The translations under genes were made by a program, and so were the position numbers. Below are positions 11,475-23,380 of a stretch of DNA of 64,000 nucleotides, one piece after another; the first letter of the stretch is position 1, and each line of letters opens with the position of its first letter. Source of the stretch: Rebecca billardiae RCC1528 (taxonomy: Eukaryota > Protista > Haptophyta); NCBI GenBank assembly GCA_965240325.2, contig OZ251224.1, positions 4,340,001 to 4,404,000 on the forward strand. The letters are read 5' to 3'. A model generated the notes under the pieces. It was not told the origin of the DNA. It searched no databases and saw only the letters and a list, made by a program, of their open reading frames with translations.

Positions 11475-12718
11475 TCAGCCCCTCTTGGCCTTCTTGGCGC
11501 TGCGGTTGGGCTTGGGCTCGTCCATGTCGGGCAGCGTCGCCTCGAGCGCCTCCTGCTCCGTGTCCACCGGCACCTTGGGGTGCGGCAGCAGCGCGGTCGT
11601 GACGTTTGGCCAGTAGCCGTCGTGCTGCTTGTACCAGCGGATGGTCTCGCGCAGCCCCTCGTCCCAGGCGACCTCCTCCTTCCAGCCGAGCGCCTGCAGC
11701 TTGGACGAGTCCATGTAGTAGCGCTGGTCGTTGAAGATGCGGTCCTCCACGTGCTTGATCCGCTCGAGCGGCACGTCGAGCTCCTCCGCGATCGTGTTCA
11801 CCACGTCGAGCACCGTGCGGTCCACGTTGGTGCCGATGTTGTACCGCTCGCCCAGCACGCCCTTGTGCACGATCGCGTCGAACGCGGAGGCGACGTCGGT
11901 GACGTGCAGGTAGCTGCGCCGCTGCTGCCCGTTGCCGTGGATCCACAGCGGCATGCCGCGCAGCGCGAGCGTCACCATCTTCGGGATCTGCGCCCGGGTG
12001 CCGTCAGACGGGCGGTGGGCGCGGCAGCGCGGCGGCGGCTCAGCGGCGCGGCCGCGCGGCGGCGCGCGGCCGCGGCGGCGCGCGGCCGCGGCGGCGCGCG
12101 CGCGCGCGCGCGCACGAGCTTCTCGGGATATTGGCGCGGGCCGTACACGTTGTTGCCGCGCGTGACGATCACGGGCAGCTTGTACGAGTGCCAGTACCCG
12201 ATGATGAGCATCTCGGCGGACGCCTTGGTCGCCGCGTACGGGTTGGTCGGCTCCATCTTGGAGTGCTCGTGGAAGGCGTCGGTCTCCTCGCCCGGGTTCT
12301 CGCCGTAGACCTCGTCGGTCGAGACGTGCACGAACCGCTTCAGCGTCGGCATCGCGCGCTTCGCCGCCTCGAGCATCACGTGCGTGCCCACGACGTTGTT
12401 GGTCGTGAACACGACCGAGTTGCCAAACGAGTTGTCCACGTGCGTCTGCGCGGCGAAGTGGATGATCGTGTCGATCTCCTCGGACTCGAGGAGGTAGTTG
12501 AGCAGGTCGCCGCTCGTGATGTCGCCCTTGATGAACTTGAAGTTGTGCACGCCCTCCAGCTCGGCGAGGTGCTTGCGCGAGGCGCAGTAGTCGAGCTTGT
12601 CGAGCACCACCAGCTTGTAGTGCGGGTACTTCTTGGCGAAGTGCAGCACGGTGGCCGAGCCGATGAAGCCCGCGCCGCCCGTCATCAGCACATTCTTCGG
12701 CACGTAGTCGTCGGGCAT
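11475..12718 (-). CDS. dTDP/UDP-glucose 4,6-dehydratase (RmlB/RHM N-terminal type); intron 11988-12115
   Basis: TGGAGFIG, LDKLDYC, HFAAQTHVDNSFG, STDEVYG, YAATK, NVYGPRQYPEKL|IPK, RIFNDQRY. Confidence 0.95.
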
Positions 12719-12989
12719 CCTCTGCCGGCTGTGCCGCGCCGCTGCGTCGGTGCGCCTGCTCTGGGCGTTAGGGCGCCACCGGCCCGATCAGCCGCCGTCG
12801 ATCTTGCGACACGGCTCGGGTGCCGAAGTTGTGGTCCGGGCGATGTTCATGAGTCTGAGCTAGTGAGCTCGCCGTTTTGCGGCGGGCGTGAGTCCTGTTG
12901 TGACGAAATCGGCCATACGGCCCCGCGCCCCGCCGAACGCTCCAGTAGACGCCGTTGTCGCACGCCGCCCCGTGACCCCATCCGAGAGC

Positions 12990-13808
12990 ATGGCGCCGAT
13001 CGCAAAGTTTGAGACGTCGCTGGGTACGTTCGAGGCGGAGCTCTACCTCGACCAGATGCCGATCACCGTGAGCAGCTTCATGTGCGCGCTCATGCGCCGC
13101 CGCCGCCTTGTGCGCCCGTGCGCGCGTGCCGCGCCGCGCCGGCTCCCGCCGAGCGCGGACGCGGCCCCCGTCACCGACAGCCCCCTTGCCGCTCGCGCCG
13201 CGCCGGGCCCACACGCAGCGACCTCGCGAACACCGGCTTCTACAACGGCGTCCACTTCCACCGCGTGATCAAGGACTTCATGCTGCAGTTCGGCTGCCCG
13301 CACGCCAAGGACGCGAAGAGCTCGCGCGCCGGCACGGGCGGGCCGCCGGGCGGCTCGAGCTTCACCAACCTGAAGACGCAGGAGGTGATCAAGCGCGACC
13401 GCGAGGGCAACATCCCCGACGAGCTCGTCTTCAAGGCCTCCAACGAGCCCGGCACCCTCTCGATGGCCAACACGGGCGCGCCCAACTCGGGCGGCTCGCA
13501 GTTCTTTGTGAACACGGTGCACAACGACTTCCTCGACTGGTTCAGCCCCGGCGAGTCGAAGCACCCGGTGCGCGGCGCGAGGGGCGGGCGGGCGCGGTGG
13601 GGCGGCGCGCGTACCCGCCGGCGCGACCAGCCGGCGCCCGCTCTCAACTCGCGCGCGTGGCCCTGCCCGTGCGGCGGCGGCCCCGCAGGTGTTTGGCAAG
13701 GTGGTGAGCGGGATGGACGTGGTGAAGAAGATCGAGGCGACGCGCACAGACCCCAACGACAACCCGGTCACGCCCGTCAAGATGGTCTCGGTCACGGTGG
13801 CCATGTGA
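12990..13808 (+). CDS. Cyclophilin-type peptidyl-prolyl isomerase; exons 12990-13081, 13219-13567, 13689-13808
   Basis: [38 protein letters not shown]|VFGKVV; two GT-AG introns. Confidence 0.93.
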
Positions 13809-14281
13809 GCGGCGCGCACGGCGCCCACGGCAGCCGTGGGCGACGTCACGCCAGGCTCGCGGTAGCAGATTCGCGTCTCGGTGCTGTGGGCGGCCTGTCG
13901 ACGCGCTGAGTGCGGTCGGATCGCGGATTCTCGGCTGTCAATGATCCACTGCGCGGCGCGCAGAGTCCGAGCCAGCGGCCTCCGGCGGTCTGTGGACAGT
14001 GTGGAGTGTGGTGCCTGCACCCTTCACTGGACCGTGGTTGTAGTTAGTAACACGGCATGAACATGATTGAAGACTCTCGGCGGAGTGTCAGGACGAGGGA
14101 CTTCTGCCAGCACAGCTCGTAACGCAGCTGACCGTGACGGGCTGCGCCGAGGCCGGGGCGGGCACGACTGGCCGCCCCGGACCACAGTCGCCCACCGGAT
14201 TATGCGATGTCCACCGGTGGACGGCGCAGCGCACGCCCTCACTTCGAAAGTCGTCGCCGCACCGATCCGTCCCGCCGCGCC

Positions 14282-16828
14282 ATGGACTCGCTCAGCGACG
14301 CCGACCTCTCCTTCTCCATCGTGTTCGATGATGCGCTGGCCCCGGCCCTCGTGGATCCCGTGTCGTACGAGATCATCCGTAACCCTGTGCGCGCCACGCG
14401 CGCCGGTGAGATCTTCGACGCGGGAGCTCTCGCGCGGTACAACATGGAGAATGACAACGCGGCCGGGATGTCACCCGTGAGTGGCGTGGAGCTCGGGGCC
14501 ATCGTGGCCGCGGACGACGTCGCCAAGCAGCTCGCCGAGCTGCGGCTGCGTTTGCGCGGGAATCTCCCGGCCGCCGCCAGCCCAGGCGCCGCGGGCACAC
14601 CAGGCCAAGCAGCCGCGGCACGCGCTCGCTCGATGGAGGATGTGGCGGGCATCTTCCGTTGCCTCGACAAGATGCGCCCGGTGCTCGGCGACATGCTCGG
14701 CGGGTGGGAGCCGCCGCGCATCGTCGTCGTGGGCTCGACGAGCGTCGGCAAGAGCACGCTGCTCGAGCGCCTCGCGATGATGCCGCTCTTCCCGCGCGAC
14801 CGCACGCTGTGCACGCGCGCGCCCATCCACCTCCGGCTGCGCCGCTGCGCGCCCAAGGACTCGCACGCGCGAATCGCCGTGCTCAACACGAAGACGCGCG
14901 AGGAGCAACCGCCCGGCGGGCGCATGATCGCGATCGACAGCGGCTGGCGGCAGGTGAGCGAGCGGATGGCCGAGATGCTCGCAGATGCCGACGAGCGGGC
15001 GGTGAGCGGCTCTCACGCCATCGTGCTGACCGTGCACCACTCCTGCGCGCCGCTCATCGACCTCGTCGACCTGCCGGGCGTGCAGAGCGACTCCGCCGCC
15101 AGCCGCGAGCTCACCGAGGGGATCGTGCGGGCGCACGTGGGCAAGCGCACGGACGACATGTACCTGCTCGTCGCGAAGTGGGCGACGAACTGCCGGACGA
15201 ACGACGCGGGCGGCCTGCTGTTCCTCGGAGATGGCGCGACCAAGGCGCGCACGGTTGGCGTGCTCACGCACTGCGACAAGGTGCGCGACGCTGAGGACCG
15301 CGAGTGGCTGGGCTCGATCCTGCAGCGCGAGCCGGGCGAGCAGCTGGCCGGCTCGCACGGCATCGCCCGCCTCGAGCCGAATGGCTGGGTGGCCGTCGCC
15401 AGCGCAGAGCGAGCGCCGGTGGCGGCCACACCCGGGCGGCTGCAGCCCACGGCCGGGCTGCAGCGGCTGCTGGGGCTGCGCCGCTCGGAGCTCGAGCACT
15501 TCCGCTCGCACGAGGAGCTGCGCGAGCTGGTCGACGAGGGCAGCGCGACGTGTGACGCGCTCGTGCAGCGGCTCGAGGGCATGTATCTGCGCGTGCTCGA
15601 GGACGAGTGGCTGCCGAAAACGCTCCGCCGGATCAGCGAGCACGCGCGCGAGCTCGAGCGCGAGCTGACGCGGCTGGGGTCGCCCGCGCAGCCGACGGAC
15701 GAGGAGGCGCGCGCCGAGGTGGATCTGCTGCTCGAGCAGGGCTACGGGGAGCTTATGAAGGCATGCTGGCGCGAGGTGTTCGATGTCGTGACGCCCATCA
15801 AGGCGAATGCGCGACATTTTGGCCACCCCTTCCCGAGGCAGACCAACGCCTCCGAGCTGCGTGTCGAGTGCGGCATACTCGAGTGGCAGCTGCGCATGCT
15901 TGCAGACGCGATGCTCGATGACCTGCTCTCGGTCTGCACGCACAGGCTGCGCACACTCCTGCTCTCGTCGCCTGCCGAGAGGCCGACTCCCTTCCGCATC
16001 GAGCGCTTCAAAGCGTACGCCGCGCACATACTGGACGCGCTGCAGCCGGTGGTCTCAGCAGCCGTCGGGCGAGCCCGCGTAGCGTGCGCTGCTGTCCTCA
16101 CGAGTACCTTTGACCTGGTGAGCTCCAGGTTGTTCAACGCCGAATTCGACGTGAGCTCTGAGCGCGTGACTCTGCGCGGCTCCCAGGCTGCCTTCATCGA
16201 CGCCATCCTCACCGCGTGCGCGCTCCACCTCCCATCGCTCGCGGAGCTGCGCAGCGCGCTCACCACGGTGGCGGCGCTGGGCGGGGAGCGCGAGGCCTGC
16301 AGCGCCGAGCGCGCGCGGCTCGAGGAGCAGCGCGCGCTGGCGCACGCGACCGGCGCGGAGCTGTGCGCCGGCGTCTGCCGGGCTGCGCTCCAGCCGCTCT
16401 GCGTGTCGCTCGGGGCGAGCGGTGCCCAGCTGATGCGCCGGCGCGGCATCTCAATCTGGCTGCCGCTGCCGCGCTACTATATGGAGCGAGTGCAGCCTGG
16501 GCTGCTGCTGGTGCTCAAGTTTGGGGCATTGGAGAAGCTCCACCTCACCTGCGGCAGCATCGGCGACCCCGAGGCAGCTGCCATTGCGGCCGCGCTGCGT
16601 GGCAACAGCTCGCTGACGGCGCTCAACCTCTCCAGCAACAAGATCGGTGACCAGGGCGCAGCCGCGATCGTCGACATGCTGCGGCACAACTTCAAGGAAA
16701 ACACCGACTTCGTCCTGAAGACGCTGGATCTGAAGGCCAACCCCATCGGCGACTCGTGCAAGAACAACCTTCGCGAGATCGTGCGCGTGAATTCATCCAA
16801 GCTGCCGCTGGAGCTGCTGCTGGACTGA
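14282..16828 (+). CDS. Dynamin/Mx-family GTPase with N-terminal U-box-like domain and C-terminal RI-type LRRs (intronless)
   Basis: PRIVVVGSTSVGKS (G1), FPRDRTLCTRAP (G2), DLPG (G3), THCD (G4 variant); N-terminal LVDPVSYEIIRNPV...GEIFD...SPVSGVEL; C-terminal LTALNLSSNKIGDQGAAAI and LKTLDLKANPIGD. Confidence 0.88.
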   Translation: MDSLSDADLSFSIVFDDALAPALVDPVSYEIIRNPVRATRAGEIFDAGALARYNMENDNAAGMSPVSGVELGAIVAADDVAKQLAELRLRLRGNLPAAASPGAAGTPGQAAAARARSMEDVAGIFRCLDKMRPVLGDMLGGWEPPRIVVVGSTSVGKSTLLERLAMMPLFPRDRTLCTRAPIHLRLRRCAPKDSHARIAVLNTKTREEQPPGGRMIAIDSGWRQVSERMAEMLADADERAVSGSHAIVLTVHHSCAPLIDLVDLPGVQSDSAASRELTEGIVRAHVGKRTDDMYLLVAKWATNCRTNDAGGLLFLGDGATKARTVGVLTHCDKVRDAEDREWLGSILQREPGEQLAGSHGIARLEPNGWVAVASAERAPVAATPGRLQPTAGLQRLLGLRRSELEHFRSHEELRELVDEGSATCDALVQRLEGMYLRVLEDEWLPKTLRRISEHARELERELTRLGSPAQPTDEEARAEVDLLLEQGYGELMKACWREVFDVVTPIKANARHFGHPFPRQTNASELRVECGILEWQLRMLADAMLDDLLSVCTHRLRTLLLSSPAERPTPFRIERFKAYAAHILDALQPVVSAAVGRARVACAAVLTSTFDLVSSRLFNAEFDVSSERVTLRGSQAAFIDAILTACALHLPSLAELRSALTTVAALGGEREACSAERARLEEQRALAHATGAELCAGVCRAALQPLCVSLGASGAQLMRRRGISIWLPLPRYYMERVQPGLLLVLKFGALEKLHLTCGSIGDPEAAAIAAALRGNSSLTALNLSSNKIGDQGAAAIVDMLRHNFKENTDFVLKTLDLKANPIGDSCKNNLREIVRVNSSKLPLELLLD

Positions 16829-17200
16829 TGACCGAGCGCGTCCTTCGAAACAGCATCAACGGCAGACAACGGGACAGCAGGCGACACCTCGTTGGGCGTG
16901 ATGGTTCGAAGGGCGCATGCATGCTGCAAGTCGGCGCGGTAGGTGGTGATGCGCAAGTCGGTACGTGGTGCGCGCACCACCTGGCCCGCGGTCGGCGGGC
17001 TCGCAGCCGCCGCTGGCCACCGCAGTCCATTCACTGCGCCATCGCGCGCGCGCGTCATCATCGACCTCATCTATGATCTCTCTCTCTCAATCCGAGTCAC
17101 TCTAGCACTCGCGCGCGTGACGCGCTCGGCGCTCGCGAGCGCGCGTGCGCGCACACACGCACACATGATGCACGTAGCATACAGTCATTGGACGAGGGCG

Positions 17201-17329
<129 letters not shown>

Positions 17330-17617
17330 CAGCTAGCAGACGTCGTACGGTAGTACTTCTTGCGATCATGGATGCATGCACTCAGGATTTTACGTGCTGC
17401 CGATACGATTCCGTCACAGTCCGTACGGTAGCTACTGCCCGGTACGTAAGCCCTGTACAATGCTACAATAGGGACAACTAGAACGGTAGAACTGCTCGTC
17501 GTACAATCGTCGTGGCGCATCAACATGCAGTTGACAGTTCTGACAGTCGTCGGCTGAAGACTCGCAGCTTGCGTGCTGGCGGCTTGTGTGGCCCTGCTTG
17601 GCGGGCGAGGCTCGGCG

Positions 17618-19200
17618 ATGGCGGCGCCCGCCGAGCGCTCGGGGCTCTCGGTCGACGCCTTCGGCGTGCAGGCGACGGCGGCGGTGAGCGGCGGCGTGTC
17701 GTGCGCGGCGGTGAGCGGCGTGAGCGTGTACGTCGGCACCCTCGACGGCGCGCTGCTCCACTTCCACGCGCTACCTGCGACGGGCGGCGGCGCCGATGGC
17801 GGCGGCGGCGGCGGCGGCACCGCCGCTGACGACGGCGGCGAGCTCTCGCTCACGCTGCAGACGCGCCACTCGCTCGGCGTGGGGCGGCGCGCGCTGGAGA
17901 CGCTGGAGGTGATCCCCTCGCTCGGCCTCCTCGTCGTCCTCGCCGACGGCTCCGTCAGCCTGCACGACGCCTCGACGCTGGAGCCGCGCGGCCGGCTCGA
18001 GGGCGCCAAGGGCGCGTCGGCGATGTGCGTGCGCGGCGCGGCGGACGGCACGCACCGCGTGTGCGTGGCGCTGCGCAAGGGCAAGCCGCTCAAGCTCGCG
18101 CTGTACGAGCTCACGCCCGACGCGCTCGGCGCGGCGCGCGGCCGCGTGCAGCCGTACTCGTGCCTCGTAACGCCCGAGGCGGCGCTCGGGCTCGCGTGGG
18201 GCGCGGCGCGGCTGTGCGCCGGGTACGCGGGCGAGTACGCGCTGGTGCACGACACGACGGGCGACGTGGTCGAGCTGCTCGCGCTCGAGGACGGCGAGCC
18301 GCCGCTCATGCTCCCGCTGCCGCGCGACGAGCTCCTCGTCGTCACCGGCCGCGTCGGCACGTTTGTGGACCTGCAGCGCGCGGTGCCGTCCGCGCGCTCG
18401 CCCCTCGCGTGGCCGAGCCGGCCGCGCGCGCTCGCGCACTGCCGGCCGTACGTGTGCGCGCTGGTGCGCGGCGCGGTCGAGGTGCACGTGCTCGGCGAGG
18501 CGCACCACCTGCACGCGCAGCGCGTGCTGCTGGGCGCGCACGTCTCCGGCCTCTTCGCCGGCCAGCTCAGCGCCCAGCTCGGCGGCGGCGGCGTTGCGGC
18601 CGAGGGGCGCGGCGCCGCGGCCGCGGCCGGCGCGCCCGACGGCGGCGGCGCCGCGCGCGCCGCGCGCGACGAGGCGCGCGCGGCCGTCGTGCTGTGCGCC
18701 GCGCGCGACCGGCTGCTCGTGCTGAGGCAGCGCCCGCTGCCCGAGCAGCTCGCGCAGCTCGCGGACGGCGGGCGCGCGGACGGCGCGCTCGAGCTGCTGC
18801 GGCGCAGCCTGGCGCCGCCCGCGCGCGCGCCGGGCGCGGGCGGCGGCGCGGCGGGCGCCGCGCGCGCCGCGGCGCTGCGCGCGGCGGTGCACGCGCGCGC
18901 GGCGCGCGCGGCGCTGCGCACGCGCGCGCTGGCCGCCGCGCCCGCCGCGCTGCACCACCTCTCGCGCTCGCGCGTGCACCCCGCCGCCGTGCTCGCCTTC
19001 TTCCAGCCGTGGGCCGCGGTGCCGCCGGGCGCGTGCGCGCAGGCGGTGGCCGAGGCGGCGCCGCCGCTGCTCGGCAGAGCGCCGGCTGGCTCGGCCCCGC
19101 CGGGCGCGGCCGAGCTGCTGGGCGCGGCCGAGCCCGCCTCCGCCGAGGGCCGCGCCGCGCGGCTGGCGCTGCTCGACTACTTGGCGGCGGTGCTCGCGAA

Positions 19201-19235
<35 letters not shown>

Positions 19236-21255
19236 CGGGCGGCGCGCGCGCGCTCGCGCCGCTGCCGCCGCCGCCGCCGCTGCCGCCGCTCGTGCGGCGC
19301 GCGCTCGAGGCGAGCGTGGTCGTGGCCTCCGCCGAGCTGGGCAGCGCGCACTGGCGCGCGCTGCTCGAGGCGCCGCTGCTCGCCGCGCTGCCGCGCGAGG
19401 GGCTGGCGCGCCTGCGCGCGCGCACGCAGCTGCGCGTGGCAGACGTGGCGGCCGCGCTCAGCGGCGCGGCGCGCGCGCACGCGCTCGCGTGCGCGCACGC
19501 GTGCGCGCCCGACGGCCGGCTCGCCGAGGCGCTGCGCGGCTGGGAGGCGCTGGGCGCGCGCGCGGAGGACGACGCGACGCGCCGCGCCGCGCTGCGCTGC
19601 GCCGTCGAGGTGCTGCGCTGCGCGGAGGGCGAGGGCGGCGCCGAGCTCCTCGGCGCGCACGCCGCGTGGGCGCTGCGCGCGGCGCCGCGCGCGGCGCTGC
19701 CCCTGCTCACGCACCGCCCGGCGCACGCCGCGCCGCTCCGCCCCGAGCGCGCCCTCGCCCTCGCCGAGGCCGCCGGCGCGCCCATCGCCACGCTCTACCT
19801 GCACTGGCTCGTCGCAGACGGCGGCGCAGCCGGGCCGACGCGCGAGGTGGGCGCGCACACGAGGCTGGGCGTGCTGCTCGCGCGCGCGGCGACCGAGGCG
19901 GCCACCGAGGCGGCGACCGAGGCGCGCGGCCGCGGCGGCGGCGCGGCCGACGCGGCGCGCGGCTCGCTGCGCGAGTTCCTCGCGTGGTCGGCGCACTACG
20001 ACGCGGCCGCGCTGCTCGAGGCGCTCGGCGGGTGCGCGCACGCGCACCCGAATGGCTGCCCCCTGTCCGAGGAGGCGGCCATGCTGCATTCGCGGCTGGG
20101 CGCGCACGCGGCCGCGCTGCGCTGCCTTGCGCTCGGCGCGCGCGACGTCGGCGCCGCCCTCGACTACTGCGACGCGCACGCCGCGCGCGGCGGCGGCGCG
20201 GGCTGGGCGCCGCCGCCGCTCGGGCCGCCGAGGCCGGAGCCGGCCGGCGCGGACGGCGCGGACGGCGCGCCGCCGCCGCCGCGGCTCGGCGGCGCGGCGC
20301 CGCCGGCGGCGGGCGCGGACGGCGGCGGCGCGGCGCGCGGGCGCGACGGCGCGACCGCCGCCGCCGCCGCCGGCGGCTGTGTCGACGAGTCCGCGCGGCG
20401 CGAGCTGCTGCTCAGCCTGCTCGCAGAGCTGCTGCGCGCGCGCCAGCCCGACGAGGCGGCGCACCCGCCCACGCCCACGCCCACGCCCGCGCCTCTCGAC
20501 TCCCCCGCCGAGCCGTCGCTCGCGTCGCTCCCGTGGGCGGTGCGCGCGGCCGTGGCCGTGCTCGAGGCGCGGGCCGTCTGCCTGCCGCCCGAGCAGGTGC
20601 TGCCGCTGCTGCCGCCCTCGCTGCCCATCGCCGCGCTGCGCCGCTACCTGCGCGCGGCGCTCGCGCGCGCGGGCGCGGACGCGCGCCGGCTGCAGGCGGC
20701 GCGCGCGCTGCAGCGCGCAGACGCCAACATCGTGCGTGCGCGGCGCGCGGGCGCGCGCTCGCGGCCTCGCGCTCGGCGCGCGGCCGGCCGCGCGCCTGCG
20801 CGGCCGGCGCGCGCCGCCCACCCATCACCGCCGCCGCGCGCCGCCGCGCGCCGCCGCGCCCCCTGCAGGTGCGCGCGCAGCTCGTCGCGTGGCAGCGCGC
20901 GAGCGTGCACGTGGCCGAGGACACGCGCTGCGCGGTGTGCGCGCGCCCTCTCGGCGCCGCGCCGTTCGGCGCGTTCCCCGACGGCGCGCTCGCGCACCTG
21001 GCGTGCTGCGCACCCGCGCACAGCGGCGGCGGTGCGGGCGGCAGCGGCGGCGGTGCGGGCGGCAGCGGTGGCGGCGCGGGTGGCAGCGGCGGCGGTGCGG
21101 GCGGCAGCGGTGGCGGCGCGGGCGGCAGCGGTGGCGGCGCGGGTGGCAGCGGCGGCGGTGCGGGCGGCTCGGCGCTGTACGCCATCTCGCCGCTCAGCGG
21201 CCGCGACTTTCGGAAGCAGCCCGCGACGTCGCCACCCGGGCAGCAGGGCAGCTGA
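17618..21255 (+). CDS. Vps39/TGFBRAP1(Vps3)-like HOPS/CORVET subunit (CNH-like propeller, helical repeat, C-terminal Zn finger); intron 20732-20868
   Basis: VYVGTLDGALL N-terminus, EEAAMLHSRLGAHAAAL...ALDYC, VLPLLPPSLPI...YL; spliced last exon gives VHVAEDTRCAVCARPLG...FPDG..AHLAC. Confidence 0.8.
21022..21168 (+). repeat. 21-bp coding minisatellite encoding (SGGGAGG)n, about 7 copies
   Basis: Repeating AGCGGYGGCGGYGCGGGYGGC units in the last exon of the Vps39-like gene. Confidence 0.9.
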
Positions 21256-22203
21256 ACTGCCGTGTCTCAGACTCAGTCTGCTGAGCCTGAGGTCGTATAG
21301 CATCTAAGATGACAGATATGACATATACTATCAGCAGCAGCCGCAGATATGATATATATGACGATATGACGCGATAACCGTTCTCCGGACCGTCGGGCGG
21401 CGACTGACCGTGCAGTATAGTGTCAGTAGCCGCCCTCTACTCAGCTGCCCATGCGGCGCGGCGCCGAGCGGTTACGGAAGAGTGTGAGAGCAGCCGCTCA
21501 GGTCGGACCAGACCGCGTATATGTGCCAACAGCAGCGCGCGCTGTATAGTGTGAGCGCCGGCGCGATGATGTCTGATGAGCGTGGCCCGTGTGAGCGCGG
21601 CAGCGGCGAGTGAGCGGGCCCGCCACCGCCGCACCGGCGTCGCCGCGGCCGAGTAAGCCGCCGCGCGTCACATCATCCGTCATCATCACGCTGGCGCGCC
21701 GCCCCTCTGCTCGCCTGCCTAAGCTGTGATGTGCGTCATCTCTATTTATTCGGCTTCATTTACGTCGTCACTGTCTCAGTCGTCTGAATGCTAATTATAT
21801 ATCATCATATCATATATATATATTTAACGACGTGGCAGCATCGGACAAGCGTCAGGCTCAAGAGTGCAACAGACACATATAGAATGCGTCCGCGCCTTCC
21901 GACCAGGTCAGACAGTGCGCCACCCGCAGCCCTGCCCCCCTACGGGAGCGGGGCCGGGATGGAGCACCGCCTCGGCCTGGGGCACGCGGCGGCGACGGCA
22001 GATGCCACCGCGGCCGAGCGCCTTCCGGAGCACTTGGATGAGGCATGAGCGGGTGAGGTCGTAGTCGATGTCGCGACCGCCCGCCGACCTAGCGGCGAGC
22101 AGCTCCGGCAAGCGGCAGCCGCGGCTGTCGCCCCCGTGCGCCCGCGTAGGCGCCTGGATGAGGATGACGAGGTCGTAGCGCGCGTCGCCGCGCGCCGGCC
22201 AAG

Positions 22204-22206
<3 letters not shown>

Positions 22207-22246
<40 letters not shown>
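22207..22246. repeat. (AT)20 microsatellite
   Basis: Read directly. Confidence 0.97.
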
Positions 22247-22248
<2 letters not shown>

Positions 22249-22441
22249 TATATATTATATATGTACTATTAATAATAATAAACTGTATAACTGATGACCG
22301 GCTTGCCGCGGCCCCGGGCCTCCCCTCCGGCCCCGCGCGCCGCGGCGCGGCTCACTCACGTACAGACAGCGGTCTGTCGCCTGGCAATCGCCAATCGGTG
22401 TGGCCCGTGGCCGTAGTGGATTACGTAGTAGTCAGTCGGCG

Positions 22442-23380
22442 TCAAGTTTCAGTTTGATGGCCATCGTCATTGGCGTATCCAAGCTGCACGTCCTGCGCGC
22501 GCTCGGCGCACGCTTCGTACAGCACGGCGTGTGCGTCTGCGCCATAGCAGCCCAGCCGGCCGAGCAGCGCGTTGATGCGCAGCACCGTGTCGCGTGTGTG
22601 CCCGTGGCTGTTGCTGTCCGGGATCTTGGCGCGTGTGCGCGCGCGGCGCATGGGCACGGCGTCGGGTGTCGTGACGAGGGCGAGCGCCTGCTTCCGTTCC
22701 TGCGGGTTCCGCCGCGTCACCCAGTCGAGCACCATGTTGAGCTCGCTCGGCGCCATCCCCTCCACGTCCACGACCGCGAACCTGTTGCGCAGCTGCGCGC
22801 TCGAGTTGAAGTGGTCGAGCACCGCGCGCTGGTGGCGCGCCTGCCGCAGCAGCCAGGCCTGGATCGCCGCGTCGGTGTTGTCGACGAAGCCCGACTGCGC
22901 GCCGGGGCACGCGCGGCCCCATGGGCTGCAGTGCCCTTGGCGCCTGTTGCGCTGCGCGTGGTCCGCCTTGGACACGAGCCACGCACGCAGCGCGCGCGTG
23001 TTGAGCACAAACCGCGCGTCTGGGAACTTATTGGCGAGCCACTCGAAGTCAGCGGCGTCGCCGTGGTCCATGTACGCGTCGCGCTTGGCGAACTTGCTCG
23101 CGTCGTGCGCTCTGGTCGCCAGCGCCCAGTTGCCCAGCGGGTTGCACTCGCCGTGGCAGGGCGTGTAGCCGCGCGCTTTCATCGTGTCGCGCAGCGAGCT
23201 CGTGCCCGTCTTCATCGGGCCGATGAAGAAGACCGGGTCGCGCAGCGCGAGCGCGTGGGGCCACGCGCCGAAGAGCGGGAGGACGAGGCTGAGCAGCGCG
23301 CGTGAGCGCGTCGTGCGTCGTCGCCGGTGGTCGTGGCGCTTCGCCGTGCGGCGTGCGCGCTCGCCGCTGAGCCCCGCCAT
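22442..23380 (-). CDS. Sulfotransferase-like P-loop protein with N-terminal hydrophobic anchor
   Basis: VFFIGPMKTGTSSL (5'-PSB loop) and FPDARFVLNTR...AWLVS (3'-PB motif). Confidence 0.8.
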   Translation of the reverse strand: MAGLSGERARRTAKRHDHRRRRTTRSRALLSLVLPLFGAWPHALALRDPVFFIGPMKTGTSSLRDTMKARGYTPCHGECNPLGNWALATRAHDASKFAKRDAYMDHGDAADFEWLANKFPDARFVLNTRALRAWLVSKADHAQRNRRQGHCSPWGRACPGAQSGFVDNTDAAIQAWLLRQARHQRAVLDHFNSSAQLRNRFAVVDVEGMAPSELNMVLDWVTRRNPQERKQALALVTTPDAVPMRRARTRAKIPDSNSHGHTRDTVLRINALLGRLGCYGADAHAVLYEACAERAQDVQLGYANDDGHQTET

